Below are positions 8,757-18,166 of a stretch of DNA of 41,502 nucleotides, in pieces. The stretch comes from Verrucomicrobiota bacterium. GTDB lineage: Bacteria > Verrucomicrobiota > Verrucomicrobiia > Opitutales > Opitutaceae. The position numbers were made by a program, and so were the translations under genes. Within the stretch, counting starts at the first letter, position 1. Each line of letters begins with the position of its first letter. The notes below the pieces were generated by a model. That model was not told the origin of the DNA and ran no database searches. It saw only the letters and a list, made by a program, of their open reading frames with translations. The stretch lies in assembly GCA_041192325.1 (NCBI GenBank), contig JBEENF010000001.1, forward strand, positions 1 through 41,502, written 5' to 3'.

Positions 8757-9967
8757 GCCATTCTCCCCGGAGGGAAACCTGCTTTCCGCAGCGCCCGGCG
8801 CAGCGCCGCGATGTGCGCCTGATCCCGGGTCTCCACGGTACACGCCACATTTACCGCACTCACATCCGCGCCGCTGAACGCCCGATCGTGCGCGATGTCC
8901 TTGATGCTCGCGCCGGCGGTCGCAATCACACGGCTGAGCTCCGCCAAGCCACCCGGTCGATCGCTGATCCTGGCCGTGAAACGCGTCAGCCGGCCGTCGT
9001 GCACCAGGCCTTTTTCAATCACGCGGCTGAGAATCGCCGGGTCGATGTTGCCGCCACACACCACGAGCGCGACGCGTTTGCCCGCCAGTTGCGGGAGGCT
9101 GCCGGCCATCAGGGCGGCCAGCGGCGCCGCGGCCGCGCCTTCCACCACGGTCTTTTCCAGCTCCACCATGCGCAGGATGGCGAGCGCGATCCCGTCTTCG
9201 CTCACCCCAACCACTTCATCCACCCGTGGCCGGGCGAGCGCGAAGGCATTCGCGCCCATCGTGAGCGTCGCCAGACCATCAGCGAGCGTCGGCCGGCGCG
9301 GGGATCGGACCGGCTTTCCCGCGCGCAACGCGGCCGCGAAATTGCCGGTCGCGACACTCTCCACCGCGATGATTTTGACGCGTGGCTTGAGCGCTTTCAC
9401 TGCCACCGCGACACCCGCAATGAGCCCGCCGCCCCCGACGGGGCACACGATGGCGTCCAAATCGGGTACCTGCTTGAGCATCTCCAGGCCCAGCGTCCCC
9501 TGGCCAGCGATGATGTCCGGGTCATCGAACCCGTGAATGTACGTCAGCCCCTCCGCGGCCACCAGCCGGTCCGCCTCGGCTCGCGCGGCGGCAAAGTCGT
9601 CGCCGTGAATCAACACCCGCGCCCCCAGCTTTTCACAGGTCGTGATTTTGATCAGTGGCGCATAGCCGGGCATAACGACCGTCACGGAAATGCCGAGCAG
9701 CTGACCGTGATAGGCGAGCCCCAACGCATGATTCCCGGCGCTCGCTGCCACCACGCCGCGGCGTTTGCGATGGGACGCGAGCCGCAGCAACGCATGGCGC
9801 GCACCGCGTTCCTTGAAGGAACCGGTCCGCTGAAAATTTTCCAGTTTGCACACAATCCGCGCCCCCGTGATTTCGCTTAACGGGATCGAGGCCGGACACG
9901 GCGTCACAATGACACCGCCCGCAATTCGGCGCTGCGCCGCGCGAATGTCGGAGAGCGTGACAGGCAT
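8753..9967 (-). CDS. ilvA: Threonine ammonia-lyase (dehydratase) with a single C-terminal ACT domain
   Basis: PLP motif KLENFQRTGSFKERGA, ASAGNHA, PVGGGGL, GGNID; ACT-like ISDRPGGL. Start trimmed to ATG 9967. Confidence 0.9.
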   Translation of the reverse strand: MPVTLSDIRAAQRRIAGGVIVTPCPASIPLSEITGARIVCKLENFQRTGSFKERGARHALLRLASHRKRRGVVAASAGNHALGLAYHGQLLGISVTVVMPGYAPLIKITTCEKLGARVLIHGDDFAAARAEADRLVAAEGLTYIHGFDDPDIIAGQGTLGLEMLKQVPDLDAIVCPVGGGGLIAGVAVAVKALKPRVKIIAVESVATGNFAAALRAGKPVRSPRRPTLADGLATLTMGANAFALARPRVDEVVGVSEDGIALAILRMVELEKTVVEGAAAAPLAALMAGSLPQLAGKRVALVVCGGNIDPAILSRVIEKGLVHDGRLTRFTARISDRPGGLAELSRVIATAGASIKDIAHDRAFSGADVSAVNVACTVETRDQAHIAALRRALRKAGFPPGRMA

Positions 9968-10450
9968 GGCGCGACAATCTCCGCAGCCTCGCGCCCGACG
10001 CGAACAAGAAAAGCGGTCGCGCTTGGAACCCGGCCTACCCAAAACAACGTGCCCTCGCCGGACTCACGAAGTCGACCGGCTCCATGGCTTCGCGGCCGCC
10101 GATGGGGTTGCGCTTAAGAGACGGTCAATTCGCGCGGCCCTCGTCGCCGCCACTTTTCCGGGACGCCATTCCCAGCCGCAGCGGGTTGTTGGCAGTTTTG
10201 GCTTTGCCGCGCCTTGAACCCATGCGGCCACTCCCGCGCGCGGGGCCACGTGGGTCCCGGCGGTGAACGCCGAAAGTGGGTGGGGGACTTCGCTGCCCCG
10301 CGCCGAGCAGTGAAATAGCGTTGCTGCGACCAAGTGCCGGGTTAGTGCTAGGCGTTTCGTGGATGGCATCCGGACAATTTTCCCTCGGTCATGGATCGCG
10401 CGCATGACGTGCGCCCGGGAGCGCGGTTGCGTCTGCGCAAGGGGGACCTC

Positions 10451-10801
10451 ATGTATCAGGTAAATTTTTCCGAACAGGCCATGACGGAGCTGAACCGGCT
10501 CGACAAGCTCGCCCAGCTCGACGCCATCGATCCCATCACCAGCCTTAAACCTTCCGATCTGGCCCATCCCCGTGAACCGCTGGGATTCTTTCGCCGGGGA
10601 GCGAAGGCTTATTACCGGCTCCGCTCCGGTGAGTTTCGGTTTTACTTCCGAGCCCACGGCGAAACGCTCCATGTGGATTACATTCTCCATCGGAACTCCC
10701 TCGAAGACTTCCTGTTGCGCAATAAACTTCCCGTAACGGAACAGCAACTCGTCGAGCAGGATTCCAAATTTTGGCGTTACCTTGAAAGCCTGACGAAATG
10801 A
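10451..10801 (+). CDS. RelE/ParE-fold protein (solo, no antitoxin seen)
   Basis: MYQVNFSEQAMTEL...YYRLRSGEFRFYF...ILHR follows the RelE pattern; SD-like AAGGGGG just upstream of ATG 10451. Confidence 0.75.
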   Translation: MYQVNFSEQAMTELNRLDKLAQLDAIDPITSLKPSDLAHPREPLGFFRRGAKAYYRLRSGEFRFYFRAHGETLHVDYILHRNSLEDFLLRNKLPVTEQQLVEQDSKFWRYLESLTK

Positions 10802-11688
10802 AGCTCGGACGAAGTCGTTTGCCCAAGAATCTCGCCGACCGCGAAGACCCCTACAACGTGCGGCAGGCCAGCCGGATCTATTTCTGGCCCAACTTCATGA
10901 CCGCCGGAAACCTGTTTTGCGGGTTCCTCGCGGTGATCAATTGCATTCAGGCGCGCCTCGCGGAATCTGCTCAGACCGGCGAATATCTGGGCTGGACCTC
11001 CGCAGAACATTACCGGTTTGCCGTTTATCTCATCATCGGCGCGGCATTGTTCGATTCGCTCGATGGACGACTGGCGCGGATGGGCGGCCGGGAGTCTCTG
11101 TTCGGCGCCGAGTTCGATTCGCTCGCCGACGTCGTGTCCTTCGGCATCGCGCCCGCGCTGCTGATGTTTTACCTGATTCTTTCTCCGACCCAGGGTTACA
11201 TCTGGTTTCGGGAGATCGGCTGGTTCGTGGGATTTGTGTATCTGCTTTGCGCGGCCATGCGCCTGGCCCGCTTCAACGTGCTCACCAATCCACTGCTGCA
11301 CCCCGGGAAGAAGGAGACCAACAAGGATTTTGTGGGCCTTCCGGTTCCGGCAGCGGCGGGAACCGTGGCATCGGTCGTTCTTTTCCTGCTGAAACTTTCC
11401 GAAACCGACCGCTCCCTGAAAAATTGGGCTCTGTCGCTGCCTTTCCTCATGCTGCTCGTTGCCACCTTGATGGTCAGCTCGATCCGTTACCCCAGTGGCA
11501 AAAATCTGGACCTGCAAACGAAGACGCGGCTGCGTACCTTCATCCTGGTGCTGCTGTTCATCGCTCTGCTGGTCCTCTACAAGGAAGTGACCATGGTCAC
11601 CACGTGTTTGGGTTACCTTTTCTTCGGCATCTTCCGGCATTTACGTCGAACGCGCAGCGCACCTGCGGTGAAAGACGGGCTGCTTTGA
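10798..11688 (+). CDS. pssA: CDP-diacylglycerol--serine O-phosphatidyltransferase
   Basis: PNFMTAGNLFCG; CDP-alcohol phosphotransferase motif DSLDGRLAR...FGAEFDSLAD; RLARFN; FVGLPVPAAA; LMVS. Confidence 0.88.
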   Translation: MKLGRSRLPKNLADREDPYNVRQASRIYFWPNFMTAGNLFCGFLAVINCIQARLAESAQTGEYLGWTSAEHYRFAVYLIIGAALFDSLDGRLARMGGRESLFGAEFDSLADVVSFGIAPALLMFYLILSPTQGYIWFREIGWFVGFVYLLCAAMRLARFNVLTNPLLHPGKKETNKDFVGLPVPAAAGTVASVVLFLLKLSETDRSLKNWALSLPFLMLLVATLMVSSIRYPSGKNLDLQTKTRLRTFILVLLFIALLVLYKEVTMVTTCLGYLFFGIFRHLRRTRSAPAVKDGLL

Positions 11689-11694
11689 TCCCGG

Positions 11695-11910
11695 TGCGAA
11701 CAAAATGCGCGGCCATTGCGCACAGCTTACGAGCAACTTTGGTTCTGCGAATAACCGGGCACTTACCGATGCCTCACCGGAAGTTCTTCACACCGCTTTA
11801 TCGGGAAATTACCGTAGGTAATTGCCAACGTTATTGGTCTTGTTGGCTCCCCATATGAATACGGATATAATTCCTTATTGAACACATATCCTTTTAGCCT
11901 TTGTTAACTT
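11695..11910. other. Candidate replication origin / DnaA-regulated AT-rich region
   Basis: Degenerate DnaA boxes at 11695-11703, 11716-11724, 11746-11754 and 11784-11792; AT-rich tract about 11853-11910; lies directly upstream of dnaN. Confidence 0.45.
11843..11871 (+). promoter_or_regulatory. sigma70-type promoter for dnaN
   Basis: TTGGCT (11843-11848), N17, TATAAT (11866-11871). Confidence 0.6.
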
Positions 11911-11928
11911 CTCCAGTCTGTCGCCCGC

Positions 11929-13053
11929 ATGAAATTCAAAATCAACCGCGATCATTTCGCAAACGGCCTTGCGCAAGTGCTGAACGTGGTCGGGTCCAAA
12001 GCCACGATGCCCATCTTGAGCAACGTGCTGATTGAAGCGGAGAAGGACCAAATTTCTTTGACGACCACCAACCTCGATCTCGGCATTCGCTGCAAGATCA
12101 AGGCCGAGGTGAAGGAAACGGGCGCGGTCACGCTGCCGGTAAAACGTCTCGCCGGGATCGTGCGCGAGTTACCGAACATGGATGTCACCTTCGATGCTTC
12201 CCCGAATCATCAGGTCAAATTGACGTCCGGCGGCTCCACGTTTCGCATCATGGGCATCGGCCGGGACGAATTTCCGCCGCTGCCCGAGTTTGGCGAGGAA
12301 AAGGCCTACAGCCTTGAGCAGGCGGAGCTCGTCACGATGCTCAAGAGTGTGGCGTATGCGCAGTCGACGGACGAAACGCGCTACATCCTCAACGGCGTCT
12401 ATTTTAGCTTCAAGGATGGCAAGCTGGCCTTGGTGGCGACGGATGGCCGCCGTTTGGCCCTGGTCGGCAAGGAAATGGATGTCCCGGCCGAGAGTGCGGG
12501 CGCGATCATCCTGCCGGCGAAGACGGTGGGCGAATTGACCCGGCTGCTCGACAAGGGAGAGAAGGTGAAGATCAACTTCAATGACCGGCGCGCCGCCTTC
12601 CAGATCGCCACGGACAAGGACACCAGCGGCCTGATCGATCACGTTTATCTCTACTCCAAGGTCGTCGAGGGGAATTATCCCAATTACCAACAAGTTATTC
12701 CCAAGGAGACTCATCAGCGGATCAAGCTCGAGCGTGAGTTGCTTCTGCAATGCGTGCACCGCGCCGCGCTGGTTTGTTCGGAAAAAGCCAATTCGGTTAA
12801 AATCAAGCTGACGAGCAACCTGCTTGAGATCACGGCACAGAGTCCGGACTTCGGTGAAGCGCACGAGTCCATGGCCATCGGTTACAGTGGGCCGGATCTG
12901 CAAGTGGCTTTTAATCCGGCGTTTCTGATGGATCCGCTCCGCGCGCTGAACAAGGACGAGGTATTTTTCGAGGTGAAGGATGAAGTGAGCCCGGGGGTTT
13001 TCAAAACTCTCGAAAATTTCGTCTGCGTCATCATGCCCGTGCGGTTGAGTTAA
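11929..13053 (+). CDS. dnaN: DNA polymerase III beta sliding clamp
   Basis: 374 aa; [51 protein letters not shown]-terminal VIMPVRL. Confidence 0.98.
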   Translation: MKFKINRDHFANGLAQVLNVVGSKATMPILSNVLIEAEKDQISLTTTNLDLGIRCKIKAEVKETGAVTLPVKRLAGIVRELPNMDVTFDASPNHQVKLTSGGSTFRIMGIGRDEFPPLPEFGEEKAYSLEQAELVTMLKSVAYAQSTDETRYILNGVYFSFKDGKLALVATDGRRLALVGKEMDVPAESAGAIILPAKTVGELTRLLDKGEKVKINFNDRRAAFQIATDKDTSGLIDHVYLYSKVVEGNYPNYQQVIPKETHQRIKLERELLLQCVHRAALVCSEKANSVKIKLTSNLLEITAQSPDFGEAHESMAIGYSGPDLQVAFNPAFLMDPLRALNKDEVFFEVKDEVSPGVFKTLENFVCVIMPVRLS

Positions 13054-13133
13054 ACAGTTTCCTCGACAATTTCGCTGTTCCGTTCGTGGCGCTGTGCCAT
13101 GCTGCGCGATCGCCTGCGACCACCACCTTCCCT

Positions 13134-14012
13134 GTGGAACCACCTTATTTCATCCTCGCCGGAATTCTCGTCTCGCTCGTGTTGATGCAAGTCAACCAGC
13201 GAGTGGCCTCACCGGTGCTCTCGATTGCGGATCGCTGGTTGCGCTGGCTGGTATTTGCATTTGGCGCGGCGCAATTGTGCCGGGACTTCGATTTGCTGCA
13301 CCGGCCCTTTTGGGCCCTGGCCGGCGTTTTTTTCCTGATTTGGTTTCTCGGCGAGACGCTTTACAACTGGCTGGCGATCACGGCACACAGCCTGAGCCCT
13401 CTCCCTCTTTTCCCCCGGTATGTGATCAACTCCGGGGGCGATGAGTGGCCGGTGCAGCCACGCTTGCTCAAAATCCGGGAATGGCTGCGCGCCCAGGGGT
13501 TTCGCCAAGTGCAGGCGCTTAAGGCCGACATTGGGGGCGGGATCTACTTACGGGTTTCGGTTTATCAGGACGCTTCCGCCACGGTGCGGGTCCAGGTGAC
13601 GTTTATCCCGCAATCAAACGGCGCGATTTCCGTCTGTTACGCGGTGAGTTCCGTGGCCGTGGACGGACAGCTTTATCTCACCGATAATCTCTATATTCCT
13701 TTTGGAGGGTTTTTTCCCGAAAACTGGTTTGTAGAGCGCAAACCGTGGCGCCGGTCGCTGCGCAGTTTGCTTTCACGCCATCGTCGCCGGCTGGCGTCCG
13801 CGGGCGTGGAGTTGGTCCCCTTCTCTGAAGAGCCGCTGGCCGATCTTAACGCCGCCCAGCACGAACTCGACCAGATCAACACCGAGCTCGGCTTTCTGCA
13901 TCCCCACGCCGAGCGCGAAGATCTCGGCAAGTTCACGCAGGAAGGCCGCTACCGTGTCTGGAAGGAAATTTGGATGCTGAACTATCTGGGCCGCTCCGCA
14001 CGTTATGAGTAA
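13134..14012 (+). CDS. Hypothetical membrane protein (N-terminal TM helices, soluble C-terminal domain)
   Basis: Long protein-like ORF after dnaN with about 3 hydrophobic segments. GTG 13134 chosen; start uncertain. Confidence 0.75.
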   Translation: MEPPYFILAGILVSLVLMQVNQRVASPVLSIADRWLRWLVFAFGAAQLCRDFDLLHRPFWALAGVFFLIWFLGETLYNWLAITAHSLSPLPLFPRYVINSGGDEWPVQPRLLKIREWLRAQGFRQVQALKADIGGGIYLRVSVYQDASATVRVQVTFIPQSNGAISVCYAVSSVAVDGQLYLTDNLYIPFGGFFPENWFVERKPWRRSLRSLLSRHRRRLASAGVELVPFSEEPLADLNAAQHELDQINTELGFLHPHAEREDLGKFTQEGRYRVWKEIWMLNYLGRSARYE

Positions 14013-14283
14013 GTCTTCGGTGGATGCGCGATAGGCGCCGGCATCTGGCCCACGCCCTGACCCAACGGCCGGTGACGCGTTATCAGGGACAGCGTATGTC
14101 CCTCCCGGCGTTCCTCCTTCCGCCCCCGGCGCCAACTTCGCGGTGCGGGCGCGGCCCATTTCTCGTGCCAGGGGTCGGATAGCTCTCCTGGCAGGTAATC
14201 TGGATCCACCGCGCCATGGGCGCCGCCCATGAGCGACCAGCCACCGTCCCCCCGCGGCCGATGAAAGTGTAACCCCGCAGGTT

Positions 14284-15315
14284 CTAGCCGCCGATGTAGC
14301 TCATCTCAACCTTGGCTCGCGCCTCGCCAGCCCCGAGGACTTCGGCGCGCTCATCGCTGTAACGGTCCACCCGACCCTGCCAGATGCGGACAAGAAATCT
14401 TTCGAGTTCGGCGTCGTCCGCGCCGCCGCGCAGCGCGCCCAGCACATCCCAACCGAGCGAGGCGAACAGGCAGGTGTACAGCTTTCCGTCGGCGGAGAGA
14501 CGCGCGCGGTGACAGTCCCGGCAGAACGGTTCCGTTACCGAGCTAATCAAGCCGATCTCGCCGCCACCGTCGCAATAGCGGTAGCGCGCGGCCACTTCGC
14601 CGCGATAGGCGGGGCCGACAGGCTCCAGCGGCCAGCGGGCCGCGATCCGGTCGACCAGCTCGCGCGCCGGCACAACGTGCTGCGCGGTCCAGCCGTTCGT
14701 GTTGCCGACATCCATGAACTCGATGAAGCGCAACGGATGACCGCGGGTGCGAAAGTACGCGCACAACTCGAGCAGCTCGCCGTCGTTCACGCCGCGTTGC
14801 ACCACGCAATTAATCTTCAACGAGAGGCCCAGGGCTGCGGCCGCGTCGATGCCGCGCAACACGCGAGCCACTTTGAAACCAAGTCCGTTGAGCCGGCCGG
14901 CGGTTTCGTCGTTCAGCGAGTCGACCGACACGTTGAGCCGGTCAAGGCCGGACGCGCGGAGGGCGGGAGCCAGTTTTTCCAGCAGCCAGCCGTTGGTGGT
15001 AAGCGCGACGTCTTTGATGCCCAGCGATTGTTTAAGGGCCCGCACCAGATCCGGCACGTCGGCGCGCAGCAGGGGCTCGCCACCCGTTAACCGGACCTTC
15101 TCCACGCCCAACGCCTGAAAAGCGCGTACGATTCGCGTGAGCTCGGTCAGCGTCATGAGTTGCGGATCGCGCAGAAACGCGTGGCCCGGTCCGAAGATTT
15201 CCGCTGGCATGCAATAGGGGCAGCGAAAATTGCACCGGTCCGTGACCGAAATCCGCAGGTCACGGAGCGGCCGGTGGAATTGGTCCTGGAGGGTGGGCGG
15301 GGGAGCGGAGCTCAC
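14284..15315 (-). CDS. moaA: GTP 3',8-cyclase (radical SAM)
   Basis: LRISVTDRCNFRCPYCMP, RLTGGEPL, FCRDCHRARLSADGKLYTCLF, C-terminal MSYIGG. Confidence 0.97.
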   Translation of the reverse strand: MSSAPPPTLQDQFHRPLRDLRISVTDRCNFRCPYCMPAEIFGPGHAFLRDPQLMTLTELTRIVRAFQALGVEKVRLTGGEPLLRADVPDLVRALKQSLGIKDVALTTNGWLLEKLAPALRASGLDRLNVSVDSLNDETAGRLNGLGFKVARVLRGIDAAAALGLSLKINCVVQRGVNDGELLELCAYFRTRGHPLRFIEFMDVGNTNGWTAQHVVPARELVDRIAARWPLEPVGPAYRGEVAARYRYCDGGGEIGLISSVTEPFCRDCHRARLSADGKLYTCLFASLGWDVLGALRGGADDAELERFLVRIWQGRVDRYSDERAEVLGAGEARAKVEMSYIGG

Positions 15316-15402
15316 GGACCGAAATAGAGGACATAGTGCGCGGCTTTTTGCCAGTTTCTCCGTGCGCTCCCCGGCCGGGCGGTATTCTCTCCGGCGGAAA
15401 CC

Positions 15403-16611
15403 ATGCTAACCCCTGCCGAGGCTGAAAAGCGGATCCTCGATCACATCGCGCCGTTTCACCGCGAAGATTGTCCTTTGCCGGAGGCCAACGGCCGGGTGTT
15501 GCGCGCTGAGTTGCGCGCCGACCGGGACCTGCCGCCCTTTGACCGGGTGACGATGGATGGTTTTGCGGTGCGCGCCGCTTCGCTGGCCGCGGGCTTGCAA
15601 ACATTTCGTGTCGAGGGCGTGCAGGCGGCCGGGATGCGCGCATTCAAGCTGGGGGCCACCCCGGACGCGTGCCTGGAAATCATGACTGGCGCCGTGTTGC
15701 CCGAAGGCGCGGACTGCGTTGTCCCCTACGAGGAAACGACGCGGGACGGCGCGACCATGACCGTTTCCGAAATAGCCGCGCAACTTCCGCCCGGCAACGC
15801 GGTGCATCGGCGCGGCAGTGATCACCGGGCCGGCGCCGTCATGTTGCCCGCGGGCACGCGGCTCACGGGCCGGGAAATCGCCGTGGCCGCGGCGTGCGGC
15901 CATGCGATCGTGACCGTCAGCCAGTGGCCAAAAATCGCGGTGATTTCGACGGGCGATGAGTTGGTGGAAATCGATTCGCCGGTCGCGCCGCACCAGATCC
16001 GGCGGAGTAACGACCACGCGCTGCGCGCCGCGCTGGCGAGTGCAGGCTACCCCAACGCCGCGCGTTTTCACTTTCGCGATGTGCGTCACGAAATTGAACA
16101 CCTGCTCTGGCACGTGCTGGCGGAGTACGATTTGGTGATCCTGACGGGCGGCGTTTCAAAGGGGAAATTCGACTTCCTGCCCGAGGAGCTGGAACGCCAG
16201 AAGGTGAAAAAAATTTTCCACGGCGTCGCGCAAAGGCCGGGCAAGCCGCTTTGGTTTGGCGTGAGCGCGCGCCAGAAGCCGATTTTCGCGCTGCCTGGAA
16301 ATCCCGTTTCCGCCTATACCTGCCTGCATCGGTACGTGCTGCCGGCCCTGGCGCGCGCGAGCGGGCGTACGCTGCCGGCGCCGCGCACGGTGGCGCTCGC
16401 CGCCTCCGTGACGTTCAAGCCGAAGCTGGCGTACCTGTTGCCGGTGAAGCTCGGCAGCGGCTCGCGCGCCGAGTTGCTGGCCATGCCCGATGCGACCAAC
16501 ACGTCCGGCGATTTTGCGGGCCTGGTCGACACCGACGGATTCGTCGAACTTCCGGCCGGGCAAAGCGAATTTGCGGCGGGCACGATCGCGCCCTTTTGGG
16601 GGTGGGTGTGA
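15403..16611 (+). CDS. moeA: Molybdopterin molybdotransferase
   Basis: PPFDRVTMDGFA, IMTGAVLPEGAD, STGDEL, TGGVSKG, QRPGKP, ALPGNPVS. Confidence 0.96.
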   Translation: MLTPAEAEKRILDHIAPFHREDCPLPEANGRVLRAELRADRDLPPFDRVTMDGFAVRAASLAAGLQTFRVEGVQAAGMRAFKLGATPDACLEIMTGAVLPEGADCVVPYEETTRDGATMTVSEIAAQLPPGNAVHRRGSDHRAGAVMLPAGTRLTGREIAVAAACGHAIVTVSQWPKIAVISTGDELVEIDSPVAPHQIRRSNDHALRAALASAGYPNAARFHFRDVRHEIEHLLWHVLAEYDLVILTGGVSKGKFDFLPEELERQKVKKIFHGVAQRPGKPLWFGVSARQKPIFALPGNPVSAYTCLHRYVLPALARASGRTLPAPRTVALAASVTFKPKLAYLLPVKLGSGSRAELLAMPDATNTSGDFAGLVDTDGFVELPAGQSEFAAGTIAPFWGWV

Positions 16612-16625
16612 GCCGGAACTTTATC

Positions 16626-17540
16626 ATGCGCTTTTTTTTGCTCTGCGCGCTGGCCGCATTCACCTGGCATTCCCCCTCTCCCGCCGCGGAACGGTCGCCC
16701 GGCGCTGACGCGGAACGCGAGGCCAACCGCAGCTGGCTTGCCTCGTTGCCGGCCGCGCCGAAGCCTGAACTGACCCGCCACGGACTCGTCGCCCAGGAAT
16801 TGCGGCGCTGGAAACCGCGGGGCGCGAATCAGGGCGTCGCGGTGGACGCGCGGTACTTTTATGGCATCGGCAATTACGTGGTCGGAAAATACGACAAGAC
16901 CACGGGGGAGCGCATCGCCGAGTGGGTGGGCCTGCGCGGCGGCGCCATCACGCATCTCAATAGTGGGATCGTGCAGGAGGGCCGGCTGATTCTGGCGCAT
17001 TCGAATTATCCCCAAGTCCCGATGGCCAGCTCGGTGGAATTCTTCGACCCGGCAACCGTTCAGCCGGTGAAATCGGTCAGCCTTGGCATTCGGCACGGCT
17101 CGCTGACTTGGGCGGAAAAGAAAGAGGGGTTCTGGTGGGCGTGTTTCGCGCATTACACCTCGCCGGGGGCACTGACCGGGACCAACAACCGCTTCACGAT
17201 GGTCGGCAAGTTTACCGACGACTGGCAGCTGCTTGAGTCCTGGCTCTTCCCGCCGCAGGTGGTGGCGAGCTGGGGCGCCAGCAGTTGCTCCGGCGGCAGT
17301 TGGGGCGAAGACGGCCTGCTTTATGCCACCGGTCACGATGCGAAGGAGCTGCACGTGCTGCGGCTGCCGCGCATGGGCGTGACGCTTGATTACGTCACAA
17401 CCATCGACGCGCCCTTCGAAGGTCAGGCTTGGGCGTGGGACCGCGCTGAAGGCCGAATAATTTACGGCATCACGCGAGCCTCGGGGGAAGTCGTGGTGGC
17501 CCGAATTCCGCCGGTACCCGAGCGGCTGCTGGCGCGTTAA
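16626..17540 (+). CDS. Secreted hypothetical protein, beta-rich (possible beta-propeller)
   Basis: Signal peptide MRFFLLCALAAFTWHSPSPAA; many short beta-strand-like segments; starts 14 nt after the moeA stop. Confidence 0.75.
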   Translation: MRFFLLCALAAFTWHSPSPAAERSPGADAEREANRSWLASLPAAPKPELTRHGLVAQELRRWKPRGANQGVAVDARYFYGIGNYVVGKYDKTTGERIAEWVGLRGGAITHLNSGIVQEGRLILAHSNYPQVPMASSVEFFDPATVQPVKSVSLGIRHGSLTWAEKKEGFWWACFAHYTSPGALTGTNNRFTMVGKFTDDWQLLESWLFPPQVVASWGASSCSGGSWGEDGLLYATGHDAKELHVLRLPRMGVTLDYVTTIDAPFEGQAWAWDRAEGRIIYGITRASGEVVVARIPPVPERLLAR

Positions 17541-17666
17541 GTAAGGGTCCAGCCATCCAGTCCGCACAGCGCCGTCAAGGCGAGCCCGGCTGCAATAGGG
17601 GCGTGGAACGGCGCGCAAAAATTTTCAATTCGTCATTTAGCGGGAGGGAGGGGAAATTGCCGGCCC

Positions 17667-18140
17667 ATGTTCTCCCACCTCGATGCGCAGAACCGGCCGG
17701 CCATGGTCAATGTCGGCGACAAGGCGGTGACCCGCCGCACCGCGCGGGCCGTGGCGGTCGTTTCGCTGCCGCCCGAACTCGCCGCGCTGCTCCGCGAGGG
17801 CGAGATCGCCACCAAGAAAGGACCGATCTTCCACACCGCGGTACTGGCGGGCGTCATGGGCGCAAAGAAAACGAGCGACCTCATCCCGCTCTGTCATCCG
17901 CTCCCGCTGGAGGACTGCCAGATCGAGATCAAAGCCGATGCCGGCCGCGGAGAAATCGCCATCCACTGCCTTGCCCAGACCCATGCCAAGACCGGCGTGG
18001 AGATGGAAGCGCTGACGGGCGCGACGGTGGCGGCATTGACGATTTATGACATGGCGAAAGCGGTCACGCACGGCATCGTGATTAAAGAGATCCGGCTGCT
18101 GGAAAAAACCGGCGGGAAGAGCGACTTTCGGGCGCCGTAG
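17667..18140 (+). CDS. moaC: Cyclic pyranopterin monophosphate synthase
   Basis: SHLD...MVNV, AKKTSDLIPLCHPL, TGVEMEALT, LTIYDMAKA, KTGGKS. Confidence 0.97.
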   Translation: MFSHLDAQNRPAMVNVGDKAVTRRTARAVAVVSLPPELAALLREGEIATKKGPIFHTAVLAGVMGAKKTSDLIPLCHPLPLEDCQIEIKADAGRGEIAIHCLAQTHAKTGVEMEALTGATVAALTIYDMAKAVTHGIVIKEIRLLEKTGGKSDFRAP

Positions 18141-18166
18141 ACGAACCGCCGCGCTTTTACGCCGCC

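Noticed and set aside
6570-8822. 750-aa plus-strand ORF
   Set aside because: Antisense shadow of the SBP-permease fusion.
10084-10266. 60-aa ORF as a possible antitoxin for the RelE-like gene
   Set aside because: Pro/Arg-rich, no RHH/HTH or acidic character, and ends 184 nt before relE.
14267-14295. Third GTGTAACC occurrence as an ECF promoter
   Set aside because: No CGTC at 16-17 nt spacing, and it points antisense into the end of moaA.
15316-15402. Moco riboswitch or sigma54 promoter between moaA and moeA
   Set aside because: The gap is only 87 nt, too short for the riboswitch, and the minus-strand TGGCA...GC has 9-nt rather than 10-nt spacing.
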